Shown here: positions 1 through 12,300 of the stretch, piece after piece
Position numbering within the stretch: position 1 is the first letter of the stretch
How the letters are laid out: each line of letters starts with the position of its first letter
NCBI RefSeq assembly: GCF_009914755.1
Contig: NC_060929.1
Source: the human T2T-CHM13v2.0 reference genome, Homo sapiens
Direction: 5' to 3' (one strand)
Length of the DNA: 64,000 nucleotides
The notes under the pieces: model-generated
What the model saw: only the letters and a program-made list of their open reading frames with translations
Databases searched by the model: none
Told to the model about the DNA's origin: nothing
Position numbers and translations under genes: made by a program

Positions 1-835
1 AACGCCATTTAGATTTCTTTCTGACAAGTAACTGAGTTTTAAATTTATCAATTTTCTTGCTTTATCTACTTTCTAAGTTAATTTCATATTTCTTCTATAT
101 TCTTTTGACATAGAACACATTTTTCTTAGTGAACAGAAAGCCAAAGAGTTTTCTTAGTTGTTTTCAGGTTCCTGAGTGTATCATTTTCAGAGTTATGTAT
201 TTCATCTGAGGTTTTTATTAGATTCCTCTTACCTTTCCTCCATAATTTTCCCATATGTCCATAGAGCTTACAAGAATTTTATTTGTTGTAATTTTAAAAT
301 TGTATTGCTTAAATGATTAATCCAATTAGTTTCAATCTTAATCTGAACAGTTTAAATATTTATTTTAAATTTGCTTTTGAGTAGTAGTTCTGAAATTATT
401 TAAGGTTTTGATATTAAAGGTCCTTTTTTTCTGTGAGTAAAGTAATGTTGATCTTGGATTTTATTTTATATCCGATAGTGATTTAGGTGAAAACACTTCA
501 AATATATTTTGAAAATGTATACAGATTTTTAAATGATTAATTTTGTTATTAAAATATCTGGCCTTTGGACATAGTTTATTTCATTTCTAAGTGTCTTATA
601 ATAGTTCATAATTATTATTACTACTAAGTTATCTGTATGCTTTTAAACAATTTTATAAGAAATATTTCAAGACTATACATTCTGCTGAGTAATGACTACT
701 ACATTTTTATTGTAAACCATATTTATTGATATATACTTATCTTGTTTAATGAAAAAATAATAAAAGTAAGATTAGATAAATATTATTCATAATCTAGATT
801 TGCAACTTCATAAGCACATTTTATTCATTAATTAC

Positions 836-987
836 CAGTATACATCAGATATATTAGGTGTTCAGTTCCAGACCACCACAATAAAGCAAATGTATCAATA
901 AAGCCAGTGACACAAATGTTTTGGTTTCCCAGTAATTATAAAAATTATGTTTATAATATACTATATCCTATTAAGTGTCCAATAGCA
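836..987 (-). mobile_element. Tigger1 DNA transposon, 3' terminal piece (fragment 1 of 3)
   Basis: 'ttcagttccagaccaccacaataaagc...tggtttcccag...ctattaagtgtccaatagca' matches the reverse complement of the Tigger1 3' end including its terminal repeat. Confidence 0.85.
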
Positions 988-1019
988 CACTTGAAATGAA
1001 GCTTCTACCACTGTGTAAT

Positions 1020-2514
1020 GGGAGAGGGGCGTCTGTCATTGCTGAGGCTTGAATAGGTAAACAAAGCAGCCGGGAAGCTCGAACTGGGCAGCTCAATGAG
1101 GCCTGCCTGCCTCTGTAGACTCCACCTCTGGGGGTAGGACATAGCTGAACCAAATGCAGCAGAAACTTCTGCAGACTTAAATGTCCCTGTCTGACAGCTT
1201 TGAAGAGAGTAGTGGTTCTCCCAGTATGGAGTCTGAGATCTGAGAATGGAAAGACTGCCTCCTCAAGTGGGTCCCTGACCCCCCGAGTAGCCTAACTGGG
1301 AGACACCTCCAACTAGAGGCCAACTGACACCTCATTCAGCCGGGTGCCCCTCTAAGACGAAGCTTCTAGAGGAAGGATCAGGCAGCAACATTTGCTGTTC
1401 TGCAATATTTGCTGTTTTGCAGCCTCTGCTGGTGATACCCAGGCAAACAGAGACTGGAGTGGACCTCCAGCAAACTCCAACAGACCTGCAGCTGAGAGTC
1501 CTGACTGTTAGAAGGAAAACTAACAAACAGAAAGGAATAGCATCAACATCAACAAAAAGGACATCCACACCAAAACCCCATCATCAAAGACCATTGGTCA
1601 CCATCATCAAAGACCAAAGGTAGACAAAACAACACAGATGGGGAGAAACCAGAACAGAAAAGCTGAAAATTCTAAAAATCAGAGCACCTCTTCTCCTCCA
1701 AAGGAACCAGCTTCTTACCAGCAACGGAACAGAGCTGGATGGAAAATGACTTTGACGAGTTGACAAAAGTAGGCTTCAGAAGATCAGTAATAACAAACTT
1801 CTCTGAGCAAAAGGAGGATGTTTGAACCCATCACAAAGAAGCTAAAAACCTTGGAAAAAGATTAGATGAATGGCTAACTAGAATAAACAGCATAGAGAAG
1901 ACCTTAAATGACCTGATGAAGCTGAAAACCATGGCACAGAACTATGTGACCAATGCACAAGCTTCAGTAGCTGATTCGATCAACTGGAAGAAAGGGTATC
2001 AGTGATTGAAGATAAAATGAATGAAATGAAGCAAGAAGAGAAGTTTAGAGAAAAAAGAGTAAAAATAAATGAACAGACTCCAAGAAATATGGGACTATGT
2101 GAAAAGACCAAATCTAAGTCTGATTGATGTACCTGAAAGTGATGGGGAGAATGGAACCAAGTTGGAAAACACTCTTCAGGATGTTATCCAGGAGAACTTC
2201 CCCAACCCAGCAAGGCCGGCCAACATTCAAATTCAGGAAATACAGAGAATGCCACAAAGATACTCCTCGAGAAGAGCAACCCCAAGACACATAATTGTCA
2301 GATTCACCAAGGTTGAAATGAAGGAAAAAATGTTAAGGCAGCCAGGGAGAAAGGTCAGGTTACCCACAAAGGGAAGCCCATCAGACTAAGAGCAGATCTC
2401 TCAGCAGAAACTGCAAGCCAGAAGAGCGTGGGGGCCAATATTCAACATTCTTAAGGAAAAGAATTTTCAACCCACAAATTCATATCCGGCCGAACTAAGC
2501 TTCATAAGTGAAGG
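1020..2514 (+). mobile_element. L1PA5-7-like internal fragment (3' half of 5'UTR plus most of ORF1), no 3' end or poly(A)
   Basis: Primate L1 5'UTR motifs (gggaagctcgaactggg, ggacctccagcaaactccaacagacctgcagctga); ORF1 ATG at 1638; homology stops at 'aactaagcttcataagtgaagg'. Confidence 0.92.
1638..2514 (+). pseudogene. Disrupted L1 ORF1p coding remnant
   Basis: Starts MGRNQNRKAENSKNQSTSSPPKE; track ORF 2069-2389 gives LQEIWDYVKRPNL...PQRYSSRRATPRHIIVRFTKVEMKEKML, typical ORF1p; stops, frameshifts and 3' truncation. Confidence 0.9.
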
Positions 2515-3150
2515 TTAGAAAAGAAAAAAAAAAACATATCTTAAATTTTAAAATACTCTTTGCTAAAATTGCTAACTATCTTTTGAGTCTTCCACAAGTC
2601 ATATTCTTTTTGCTGGTAGAGGGTCTTGCCTCAATGATGAGGACCTTGCTCTGTATTAGATTTTGCCTTAAGGGAATGTTGTGGCTGGTCTGACCTATAA
2701 AGACCAGTAAAATATTCTCCATATCAGCATTTTTTTACTGTTTTGCTTTCTTATCATTTGTGTGTTTACTATAATAGCACTTTTCCTTCAAAAACTTTAG
2801 CTTTGCATTCACAACTTGGTTAACTGGCATAAGAAACCTAGATTTCAGCCTATCTCAGCTTTCAACATGTGTGTTTCAACATGTGTGTGATTAAGCTCAT
2901 TAAGCTTAATCACTTCTAGCTTTTGATTAAAAGTGTATATACAACACTTACTTAAACACTTGGAGGCCATTGTAGGGTTATTACGTAACTTACTTTAAAT
3001 ATTGTTGTATCTCAGAGAATAGGGAGGCCTAAAGAGAGAGAAGAGATGGGAAAATTGTAGGTTGGTGGAATTGTAGTCAGATAACACATTTATTGATTAG
3101 TTTACTGTCTTATACGGGCACAGATTGTGGTCTCTCAAAACAACTGCATT
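2515..3150 (-). mobile_element. Tigger1 fragment 2 of 3, with large internal deletion near 2640
   Basis: 2515-2640 matches the Tigger1 3' region (tgctggtagagggtcttgcctcaatg); 2641-3150 matches the transposase 5' region (agggaatgttgtggctgg, cttctagcttttgattaaaagtg, ggaggccattgtagggtta), both antisense. Confidence 0.88.
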
Positions 3151-3151
3151 A

Positions 3152-5257
3152 AGGATACTGGCATAAAGTTTTCTTTTTTTTGTTGTGCTCAGCATCAGGA
3201 TGATGCTGGCCTCACAGAAGGAGTTAGGGAGAATTCCCTTTTAGTCGAATTTTTGGAATACTTTCAGTAGGAATGGTACTAGCTCTTGTTTTGTACATTC
3301 AGTAAACTTCAGCTGTGAATCCATCTGGTTCTGGGCATTTTTGTTTGGTAGACTATTACTGATTCAATTTCAGAGCTCATTATTGGTTTGTTCAGGGTTT
3401 CAATTTCTTCCTGGTTCAGTCTTGGAAGGGAGTATGTGTCCAGGAATTTATCCAGTTTTCTAGTTTGTGTGCAAAGATTTTCCCGTTTGTGTGCAAAGAG
3501 GTGTTCATAATATTCTCTGTTGGTTATTTGTACTTCTGTGGGGTCAGTGGTAATATCCCATTGACTGTTTCTAATTGTTTTTATTTGAATTTTTTCTCTT
3601 TTCTTATTAGTCTAGCTAGTAGTCTATTTTACTAATTTTTAAAGAAAACCTACTCCTGGATGTGTTGATCTTTTATACGATTCTTAGTGTCTCAGTCTCC
3701 TTTAGTTTAGTTCTGAAAGAGCACTGAAATAGAAAAAAGGAAAGTCAAACTATCCTTGTTTGCAGATGACATGATCCTATATCTAGAAAACCTCACAGAA
3801 TTCAGCAAAGTATCATGATACAAAATAAACATACAAAAATTACTAACATTCCTATAAACCAACAGCAGTCAAGCCAAGAGCCAAATCAAGAATGCAATCC
3901 CATTCACAATTACCACGAAAAAGAATGAAATACCTAGAAATATAGCTATCAAGAAAGGTGAAAGATCTCCACAAGGGGAACTACAAAACACTGCTCAATG
4001 AAATTAGAGATGATACAAATAAGTAGACAAAAATATATTATGCTCATGGATAGGAAGAATCAATATTATTTAAATGGCCATACTGTCCAAAAAACATTTT
4101 ATAGATTCAGTACTGGTTTCTATCAAGCTACCAATGACATTTTCTTCAGAGCTAGAAAAAATTAATAATTCATATAGAACTAAAAATTGCCCCTAATACC
4201 AAGGCAGTCCTACGCAAAGACAACAGAGCTGGAGGAATCATGGTACTCAACTTCAAGCTATACTACAGGGCTACAGTCACCAAAACAGCATAGTACTGTA
4301 CAAAAACATACATAGACCAATGGAAGAGAATACAGAGCCCAGAAATAAGGCTGCATACCTACAACTGTCTGATTTTCAACAAAGCTGACCAAAGCTGACA
4401 AAGCAATAGGGAAAGGACTCCCTAGTCAATAAATGGTGCTAGGATAACTGGCTAGCCATGTGTAGAAGATTGAAACTGGACCCCTTTCTTAAACCATATA
4501 AAAAATCAACTCAAGATAGATTAAAAACTTAAATGTAAAACTCAAAACTATGCAAACCTAGAAATACAACTTAGGCAATATGATTCTGTAAGTAGGAATG
4601 GGCAAAGGTTTCCTAACAAATATCACAAAATGCAACTGCAACAAAAGCTAAAGTTGACAAATGTAATCTAATTAAACTAAAGCGCTTCTTCACAGCAAAA
4701 GAAACTATCAAGAGAGTAAACATACAACCTACAAAATAAGAGAAAATATTTGCAAACTATGCATCTGATAAGGGTCTAATATCCAGCATCCATAAGGAAC
4801 TTTAACAGATTTACAATAAAAAAAGACCTCATTAAAAAGTTGGCAAAGGACATGAACGGACACTTTTCAAAAGAAGACATGCATGTGGCCAACAAACATA
4901 TAAAAAAAGCTCAACATCACTGAACATAGTAGAAATGCAAATCAAAACCACAGTGAGATACAACCTCATACCAGTCAGAATGGCTATTATTAAATGGTCA
5001 AAAAATATCAGACTAGAGCCAATGTAAGCAGTTCCTAATGGCCTATTACTCAAACAATTTGAGCAATACTCGAACAATTTGAGCAATAAAATGAATAAGG
5101 TAGCAGTAGATTATAATTCAGGTATATATACAATAAATATTTCTGTCTACACGGACATAAAGGGTTGAGTAAGTAAACAAATGGGTACAAAGAAATAGGA
5201 TACATCTCCTGTGCAGGAAAATTTCAAATAATTTGTGAAGCTCTTCCATCCAAAAAA

Positions 5258-5300
<43 letters not shown>

Positions 5301-5962
5301 ACCAGATGCTGACAAGGTTGCAGGGAAAAGGGAATACTTACACAGTGTTAGTGGGAGTGTAAATTAGTTCAACCATTGTTGAAAGCAGTGTGGTGATTCC
5401 TCAAAGAGCTAAAATGAGCTACCATTTAGCTCACAATTCCATTATTATTTGTATTCCTTTGGGAATACAAATCATTGTATCATAAAAGCACATGCACATG
5501 TATGTTTATTGAAGCATTATTCATAATATCAGAGACATGAAATCAACCTAAATACCCATAAGTGGCAGACTGGATAAAGAAAATGTGGTACATGTACAAC
5601 ATGGAATACTGTGCATTCATTAGAAAAGAATGAGATCATGTTTTGGCAGGAACATGGATGGAGCTGGAGGCCGTTATCCTTAGCAAACTAATGCAGGAAC
5701 AGAAAACCAAATACTGCATACTCTTACTTATAAATGGTAGCTAAATGATGGGAACACATGAACACATAGAAAGGAAAAACACATATTAAGTCTTATCAAA
5801 AGATGAAGGGTGGGAGAAGGGAGAGGATAAAGAAAGATAACTAATGGGTAATAGGCTTAATACCTGGGTGATTAAATAATCTGTATAATAAACCCCCATG
5901 ACACTGTTTGACAATATAACAAGCTTGCATATGTACCCCTGAATTTAAAATAAAAGTTAAAA
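3152..5962 (+). mobile_element. L1PA13-16-like element, 5'-truncated with 5' inversion (antisense 3152-3716, sense 3717-5962)
   Basis: Antisense ORF2 then sense ORF2 with RT motif tttgcagatgac (FADD) near 3760; 3'UTR ends 'atgtacccctgaatttaaaataaaagttaaaaa'; degenerate TSD aaaacaactgca / aaatccaattgca in host Tigger1. Confidence 0.9.
5013..5300 (+). mobile_element. Insert of ancient L1MC/L1MD-type 3'UTR sequence with (TAAA)n tail, nested in the younger L1
   Basis: 'aacaatttgagcaataaaatgaataaggtagcagtagattataa...aaatttcaaataattt' resembles L1MC/MD 3'UTR; tail 5252-5300; flanks aaaaatatcaga / aaataaaccaga duplicate the host motif. Confidence 0.7.
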
Positions 5963-6213
5963 AATCCAATTGCAGTAGTAACATGAAAGATAAATGATCA
6001 AAGATCATTATAGCAGATATAATGATACTGAAAAGGTTAAAAGTAAGAATTTCTATAGTGTGACAGAGACTCAGTGTGAGCACATGCTATTGGAAAAATG
6101 GCACCAAAAGACTTGCCCAATGCAAGTCTTGATGGAAAGTTTCAATTTGTATAAAACAATATCTGTGAAACACAATGAAGCAAAGCATTTTATAGTAAAA
6201 GGAGATATGACTG
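5963..6213 (-). mobile_element. Tigger1 5' terminal piece (fragment 3 of 3)
   Basis: 'gagcacatgctattggaaaaatggcacc...ttcaatttgtataaaacaatatctgtgaa...agatatgactg' matches the reverse complement of the Tigger1 5' end. Confidence 0.85.
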
Positions 6214-6599
6214 ATAAACAGAGTAATTAAAAATATTACTGTTGCTTCCAAGGTAGTGGGAACCTGTCTAAAAATTAATCTCCATAAATAAAAGTAGGAA
6301 CCTGAAGATAGAAAGTCACTCTTTTAGAACTCAGGATAGATTTCAACAAATTACTTCTTCTTCATTATTATATAGGTATATGCCCCCATGAATTTCTTCC
6401 TTTCCATTAATAACATATGTCCAAGTTTAGTTCCTTAACATGATTTTTCATAAGATTTTACACTAGTTTCCTCTGAGCTTCCTGCCTCACTCAACAAATG
6501 CCATCAATTCTTGCCTGTAGATTCCTTCTTGTCCTGCTGTCAGAGAAAACAGCAACATCAGCAGCAGAAGCATCAAGAGCAACGACAAAACAAAAGAAA

Positions 6600-9500
6600 A
6601 CTGTAGAACAATGAGATTTAACACAAATAGTTCTATCTCAAGATATTTAATAATCAAACTCAATATGGTCAAAGACAAAGGAAGGATCTTAAAAGCAGAA
6701 AGAGCAAGAGCAAGGCAAAAAATAACATACAAAGAAATTCCCATACAGCGGGCAGCAGCAGTGTTCTCATTGGAAACCTTATTAGCCAGAAAAAAGTGGC
6801 ATGACATATTTAAAGTGCTAAAGGAAAATACATATATATAAATACATTAAAATAGTATATCCAGAGAAAACATCCTTTAATCATAAAGGAGAAATGAAGA
6901 GTTTCTCAGACAAACAAAGCTGAGGGATTTCATCAGCACAAGGACTGTACTACAGAAAATGCTAAAGAGAGTTCTTCAATCTGAAAGAAAAAGACATTAA
7001 TGAGAAATAAGAAATCATCTGAAGGTATAAAACTTACAATAATAAGTGGACAGAAAACAGAATATTATAACACTGTAATTGTGGTGTATCTTGAGTAGAA
7101 AGTCTAAAAGATGAACCCATCAAAAATAATAATGACAATAACTTTTGAATACATAAACAATACAATGAGATACAACAGAAATAAAAGGGAAAAAGCAGAG
7201 GTTGAAGTTAAAACAGAGAGTTTTATTAGTTTTCTCCTTGTTTGTTTGTTTATTAATCAGTGTTAAGTTGTCATCAGTTTAAAATAATGAGTTATATTAT
7301 TTTCAAGCCTCATGGCAACTTTAACTAGAAATATATACAATAGATAAACAAATAATAAACAGCAAGGAATTAGAACATACCACCTGAGAAAATCATCTAC
7401 AATAAAATTAAGACAGAAAGGAAGGAGAAAAGAAAGAGGAGACCACAAAACAATTAGAAAACAAATAACAAAATGGCAGGAGTAAGTCTTTAATTATTAT
7501 CAATAATACCATTGAATATAAATAGACTAAACTCTCCAAGCAAAAGACAGAATGGCTTAATAGATTTAAAAAAAGACCAAATGATTTGTTGCCTACATAG
7601 CAAACACATTTCACCAACAAAATGAAAAATAAAGAGATGAAAACAGATATTCCATGAAAACAGAAACCATAAAAGAGCACGAGTTGCTCTACTTATAACA
7701 GACAAAATAGATTTCAAGATAAAAACTGTAAGAAGAGACAAAACTGACATTATATAATGATAAAGGAGTCAATTGAGCAAGAGGACATGACTATTATAAA
7801 TATACATGATATATATGTACCCCACACTGAAGCACCCAGATATGCAAAGCAAATATTGTTAAAGAGAGAGATAAACCCCAATACGATAATAGCTGGAGAT
7901 TTTAATACCCCACTTTCAGCATTGAACAGGTCATCTAGATAGAAAATCAACAAAGAAACATTGGACATAATCTGCACTACAGGCCCAACAGACCTAATAA
8001 ATATTTACAGAACATTTCATCCAACAGGTGCAGAATACACATTCTTCTCCTAGGCACATGGATGACACTCAAGAACAGACCATTTGCTAGGCCACAAAAA
8101 AAGTTTTAAAAAATAAAAAATATTGAAATAATTTCAACTATCTTCTTTCTCCACAATAGAATATAACTAGGAATCAATAAAATGAGGAATTTTGGAAACT
8201 ATGCAAATACATGGAAATTAAACAATATACTCCTGAATGACCAGTGGGTAAATGAAGAGATTAAGAAGAAAATTTAAAAGTATATTGAAACAAATGATAA
8301 TGAAAACACAATATACCAAAACCTATGTGATACCTTAAGAGCAGTTGATATGCTTTTGCTGTGTGTCCCCACCCAAATCTCATCTTGATTTGTATTCCCA
8401 TAATTCCCATGTGTTGTGGGATGGACTCAGTAGAAGATAATTTGAATCATGGGGGCAGTTTCCCCTCATATTGTTCTCGTAGTAGAAAATAAGTCTCATG
8501 AGATCTGATGGTTTTATCAAGGGTTTCCACTTTTGTATCTTCCTCATTTTGCTCTTGCCACCACCAAGTAAGAAGTGCCTTTCACCTCCCGCCATGATTC
8601 TGAGGCCTCCCCAGCCAAGTGGAACTTAAGTCCAGTTAAACTTCTTTATTATCAGGCTTGGACATATCTTTATCAGCAGCATGAAAATGGACTAATACAG
8701 AAGTACTAAGAGGGGAGTTTATAGCAATAAGTGCCAGATCAAAAAAGTAGAACAACTTCAAATAAACAAGGTGCTGATGTAACATAAGAATTAGAAAATC
8801 AAGAGTAAACCAAACCTAAAATTAGAAGAAAATAAGTAACAAAAATTAGAGCAGATATAAATAAAATTGAAAAAAAATCAATGAAATAAAAAGCTGTTTT
8901 TGATCAGATAAAATCTACAAACCTTTAGCCTAAGAAAAAAAGAGAGAAGTCCAAAATAAATAAAATCAGAGATGAAAAATGAGACATTACAACCAATAAT
9001 GTTGAAATTCAAGGGATCATTAGCAAATAAATACCAATGAATTGGAAAACTTAGAAGAAATGGATAAATTATTAGACTCATACAATCTACCAAACTTGAA
9101 CCATGAAAAATCCAAAACCTGAACAGAACAACACTAGGTATCAAGATCAAAGACAATGAAAATCTCCTAGCAAAAATAAGCTTGGGACACAATGTCAACA
9201 CTGCTGAATTTTACCAAATATGTAAAGAAGAACTAATATCAATCTTACTCAAAACTATTCAGAAAAATAGCAGAGGAAGGGATACTTCCAAACTTATTGT
9301 ATGAGGCTAGTTTTACCCTGATACTAAAACTAAAGACATGTCAAAAAAAAAAAAAGAAAAAAACAAATCAGAACAATATTCCTGATAAACATTGACACAA
9401 AATACTCAACAAAATACTAGCAAACCAAACTCAAACACATTAAAAAGATCATTCATCCTGACCAAGTGGAATTTATCCAAGGGATGCAAAAATACTTCAA

Positions 9501-11620
9501 TATATGCAAATCAATCAATGTGATATATGGTATGAACAGAATGAAAAACAAAATCCTTATGATCATTTCAATTGATGCAAAAATATTTTATAAAATTCAA
9601 CATCCCTTCATGATAAAAAAATCCTCAAAAACTGAATATAGAAGGAACATATAACACAATAAAAGTCACATATGAGACACTCTCAGCTAGTATCATAAGG
9701 AGTAGAGATAATAAAATAAAATGTCTAACAACAAACTTAACCAAAGAAGGGAAGATCTCTATAATGAAAACTATAAAACATTAATGCAAGGAATTGAAGA
9801 GGGCACCAAAAAAGGGAAAGATATTTTATATTCATGAGTTGGAAGAGTTAATATTGTTAAAATGTATACATTTCCCAAAGTAATGTATAGATTCAAAGCA
9901 ATCCCTATGAAAATACTAATGACATTCTTCACATAAGTAGAAAAAAATCCTAAAATCTATATGGTATAATAAATGTCCAAAATAGCCAAAGCTATTCTGA
10001 GCAAAAAGAGCAAAACGGGAGGAACCATGTTACCTGACATCAAATTATACTACAGAGGTATATATAGTAAGCAAAACAACAATGTAGTGATATAAAAACA
10101 GAGAGATAGACCAATGAAACAGAATAGAGAACCCAGAAATACATACATACTTCTACAATAAACTTATTTTTGACAAAGTTGTCAAAAACATACTCTAGGA
10201 AAAGGATAGTCGCTTTTATACATAGTGCTGAGAGAAATGGATATCCACATGTAGAAGAATAAAACTAGAGCCCTATCACTCATCATACACAAAAATCAAA
10301 ATAAATGGATTAAGTACTTAATTCTAAGACCTAAAAATGTGAAACTACTATAAGAAAATATTGGGGAAACTCCAAGACATTGGACTGGGCAAAAATTTCT
10401 TGGGTAGTACTCCACGAGCTCAGTCAATCAGGGCAAAAATGGAAAAATGGGAACACATCAAGTTAGGAATCTTCTGCACAGCAAGGGCAAAAACCAGCCA
10501 AGTGAAGATACAACCCACAGAATGGGGGAAAATATTTGCAAACTATCCAGCTGACAAGGGATTAATAACCAGAATATATAAGGAGCCAGGCAACTCTATA
10601 GGAAAAAAAATAATAATCCAATCAAAATGGGCAAAATATCTGAATAGATATTTCTCAAAAGAAGACATACAAATGGCAAAATGTATATGAAATGTGCTCA
10701 ATATCACTGATCATCAGAAAAATTCAAATGAAAACTACAATGAGATATCATTTCACCTTAGTTAAAATGGCTTTTATCCAAGAGACAAACAAAGACAAAT
10801 ACTGGAGAGGATGCAGAGAAAAGGGACCCCTTGTACACCGTTGGTGGGTGTGTAAATTAATACAATATTTAGGGAGAACAGTTTGGACATTTCTTGAAAA
10901 ACTAAAAACAGAATTACCAAAACACCACGGTTAGATATATACCCTAGAGAAAGGAGATTAGGATACAGAAAATGAATCTGCACTCTCATGTTTATTTCAG
11001 CACTATTCACAATAGCCAAGATTTGGAAGCAACTTGGGTCCATCAACAGATTAATGGATAAAAAATATGTGGTACCTATATACACAATGGAGCATTATTC
11101 AGCCGTAAAAATGAATGAGATCCTGTCATTTGCAACTACATGGATAGAACTGGAAGATATTATGTTAAGTGAAATAAGCCTGGCACAGAAAGACAAAATT
11201 CACATGTTTCCACTCATGTGTGGAATCTGAAAAAACAAAACAACTGAACTCATGGAGATAGAGAGTAGAATAATAGTTATCAGAGGCTAGGAAGTGTAGC
11301 GCGGGGTTGGGGGAGTGGCGATGGTTATTGGGTACAGAAACATAGGTAGATAGAATGAATATGATCTATATTTAATAGCACAACAGGGTAGCTATAGTCA
11401 ATAATAATTTATTGTACATTCAAAAATAACTAAAAGAGAATATTTGGATTGTTTTTAACACAAAGAAAGAATACATTCTTGAGGTGATGGATACCCAATT
11501 TACCTAATGTGATTATTAGGCATTATATGCCTGTATCAAAGTATCTCATGTATCTCATAAACATATACATCTACTATGTCCCCACAAAAATAAAAATAAA
11601 AAATAAATAAATAACAACAA
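6600..11620 (+). mobile_element. L1MA (L1MA2/3-like), ~5 kb: 3' ORF1, decayed ORF2, 3'UTR and A-rich tail
   Basis: Endonuclease remnant NTIIAGDFNTPLSALNRSSR (7757-7942), ORF2 C-terminal remnants (10361-11230), L1MA-type 3' end; RT core deleted near 9700; interrupted by THE1A. Confidence 0.9.
8346..8699 (+). mobile_element. THE1A-like solo LTR (MaLR) inserted in L1MA ORF2
   Basis: TG...CA termini (tgatatg...ggactaataca), THE1 body, 5-bp TSD gcagt/gaagt. Confidence 0.92.
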
Positions 11621-12124
11621 AAATCAATAGTTTTCTATTATTGTGTCACTTCATCATAACCTTTTCCAGGACCTTTTCCAAAGTTCTACCATATCTAAAC
11701 CTTAAATTAAAATCAAGTTGAAGTATTCTTTCTTCCTTTTGCAGGTTTCCTTCAATTTATCTTGTTGTACTTATATGCTCACTAATCTACATCTGTGAAA
11801 TGCCCCAGTTCTTTTCATCAATGCTCAAAGCTCCAGATCAGTACCACCCTTACACGTCACAAGAGTTGCTCTTCCCTGGACCACCTTGGTTTAGAGAGAT
11901 TGAGTCTACACTTATTATAAACTGCACTCCTCATGATAGCAGAGTCCATGAAGCCAAAGAAAGATGTTCAGTGACATCTCTGCCCTACTTTCTAGACCAC
12001 ATAGATGCTAACAGGAACATGAAAAGAATGAAGATAGATGCAGAGCCAACAGATTTGCTAAAGAGAATGTCACTGTTTAAACAAAAATTTTATTTACGCT
12101 CCACAAAGGAAATCTAATAGTTAA

Positions 12125-12300
12125 TATATCATTATATCTGCATTAGCTCATTTAATCCTCATGGTATCTCTGTACTATAGGTACAGATTATTCCCCTTGT
12201 ACAGACAAGAAAAAACAGACATTGAGATTTACAAATACTTTCCCAAGCCATAAATGTTGTATATGGTATATGTAGGATTTTCATCCAGGAAGTGCAGCTT
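12125..12300 (-). mobile_element. MIR SINE relic
   Basis: 'ctcatttaatcctcat...ttattccccttgtacagacaagaaa' resembles the antisense MIR core. Confidence 0.6.

Noticed and set aside
1-830. Possible ancient antisense L1M/HAL1 relic
   Set aside because: T-rich and suggestive, but too diverged to assign by eye.
971-1568. Antisense ORFs in the L1 5'UTR as ORF0
   Set aside because: ORF0 lies further 5' than where this fragment begins, and these peptides do not resemble it.
2069-2389. 106-aa ORF as a protein-coding gene
   Set aside because: It is a frameshifted internal piece of L1 ORF1.
7757-11230. ORFs with endonuclease and ORF2 C-terminal motifs as an active retroelement or novel RT system
   Set aside because: They are short fragments of a dead L1MA with many stops, an LTR insertion and a deleted RT core.
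11800-12117. 105-aa ATG ORF outside obvious repeats
   Set aside because: No recognisable domain, promoter or splice context; the length is compatible with chance.
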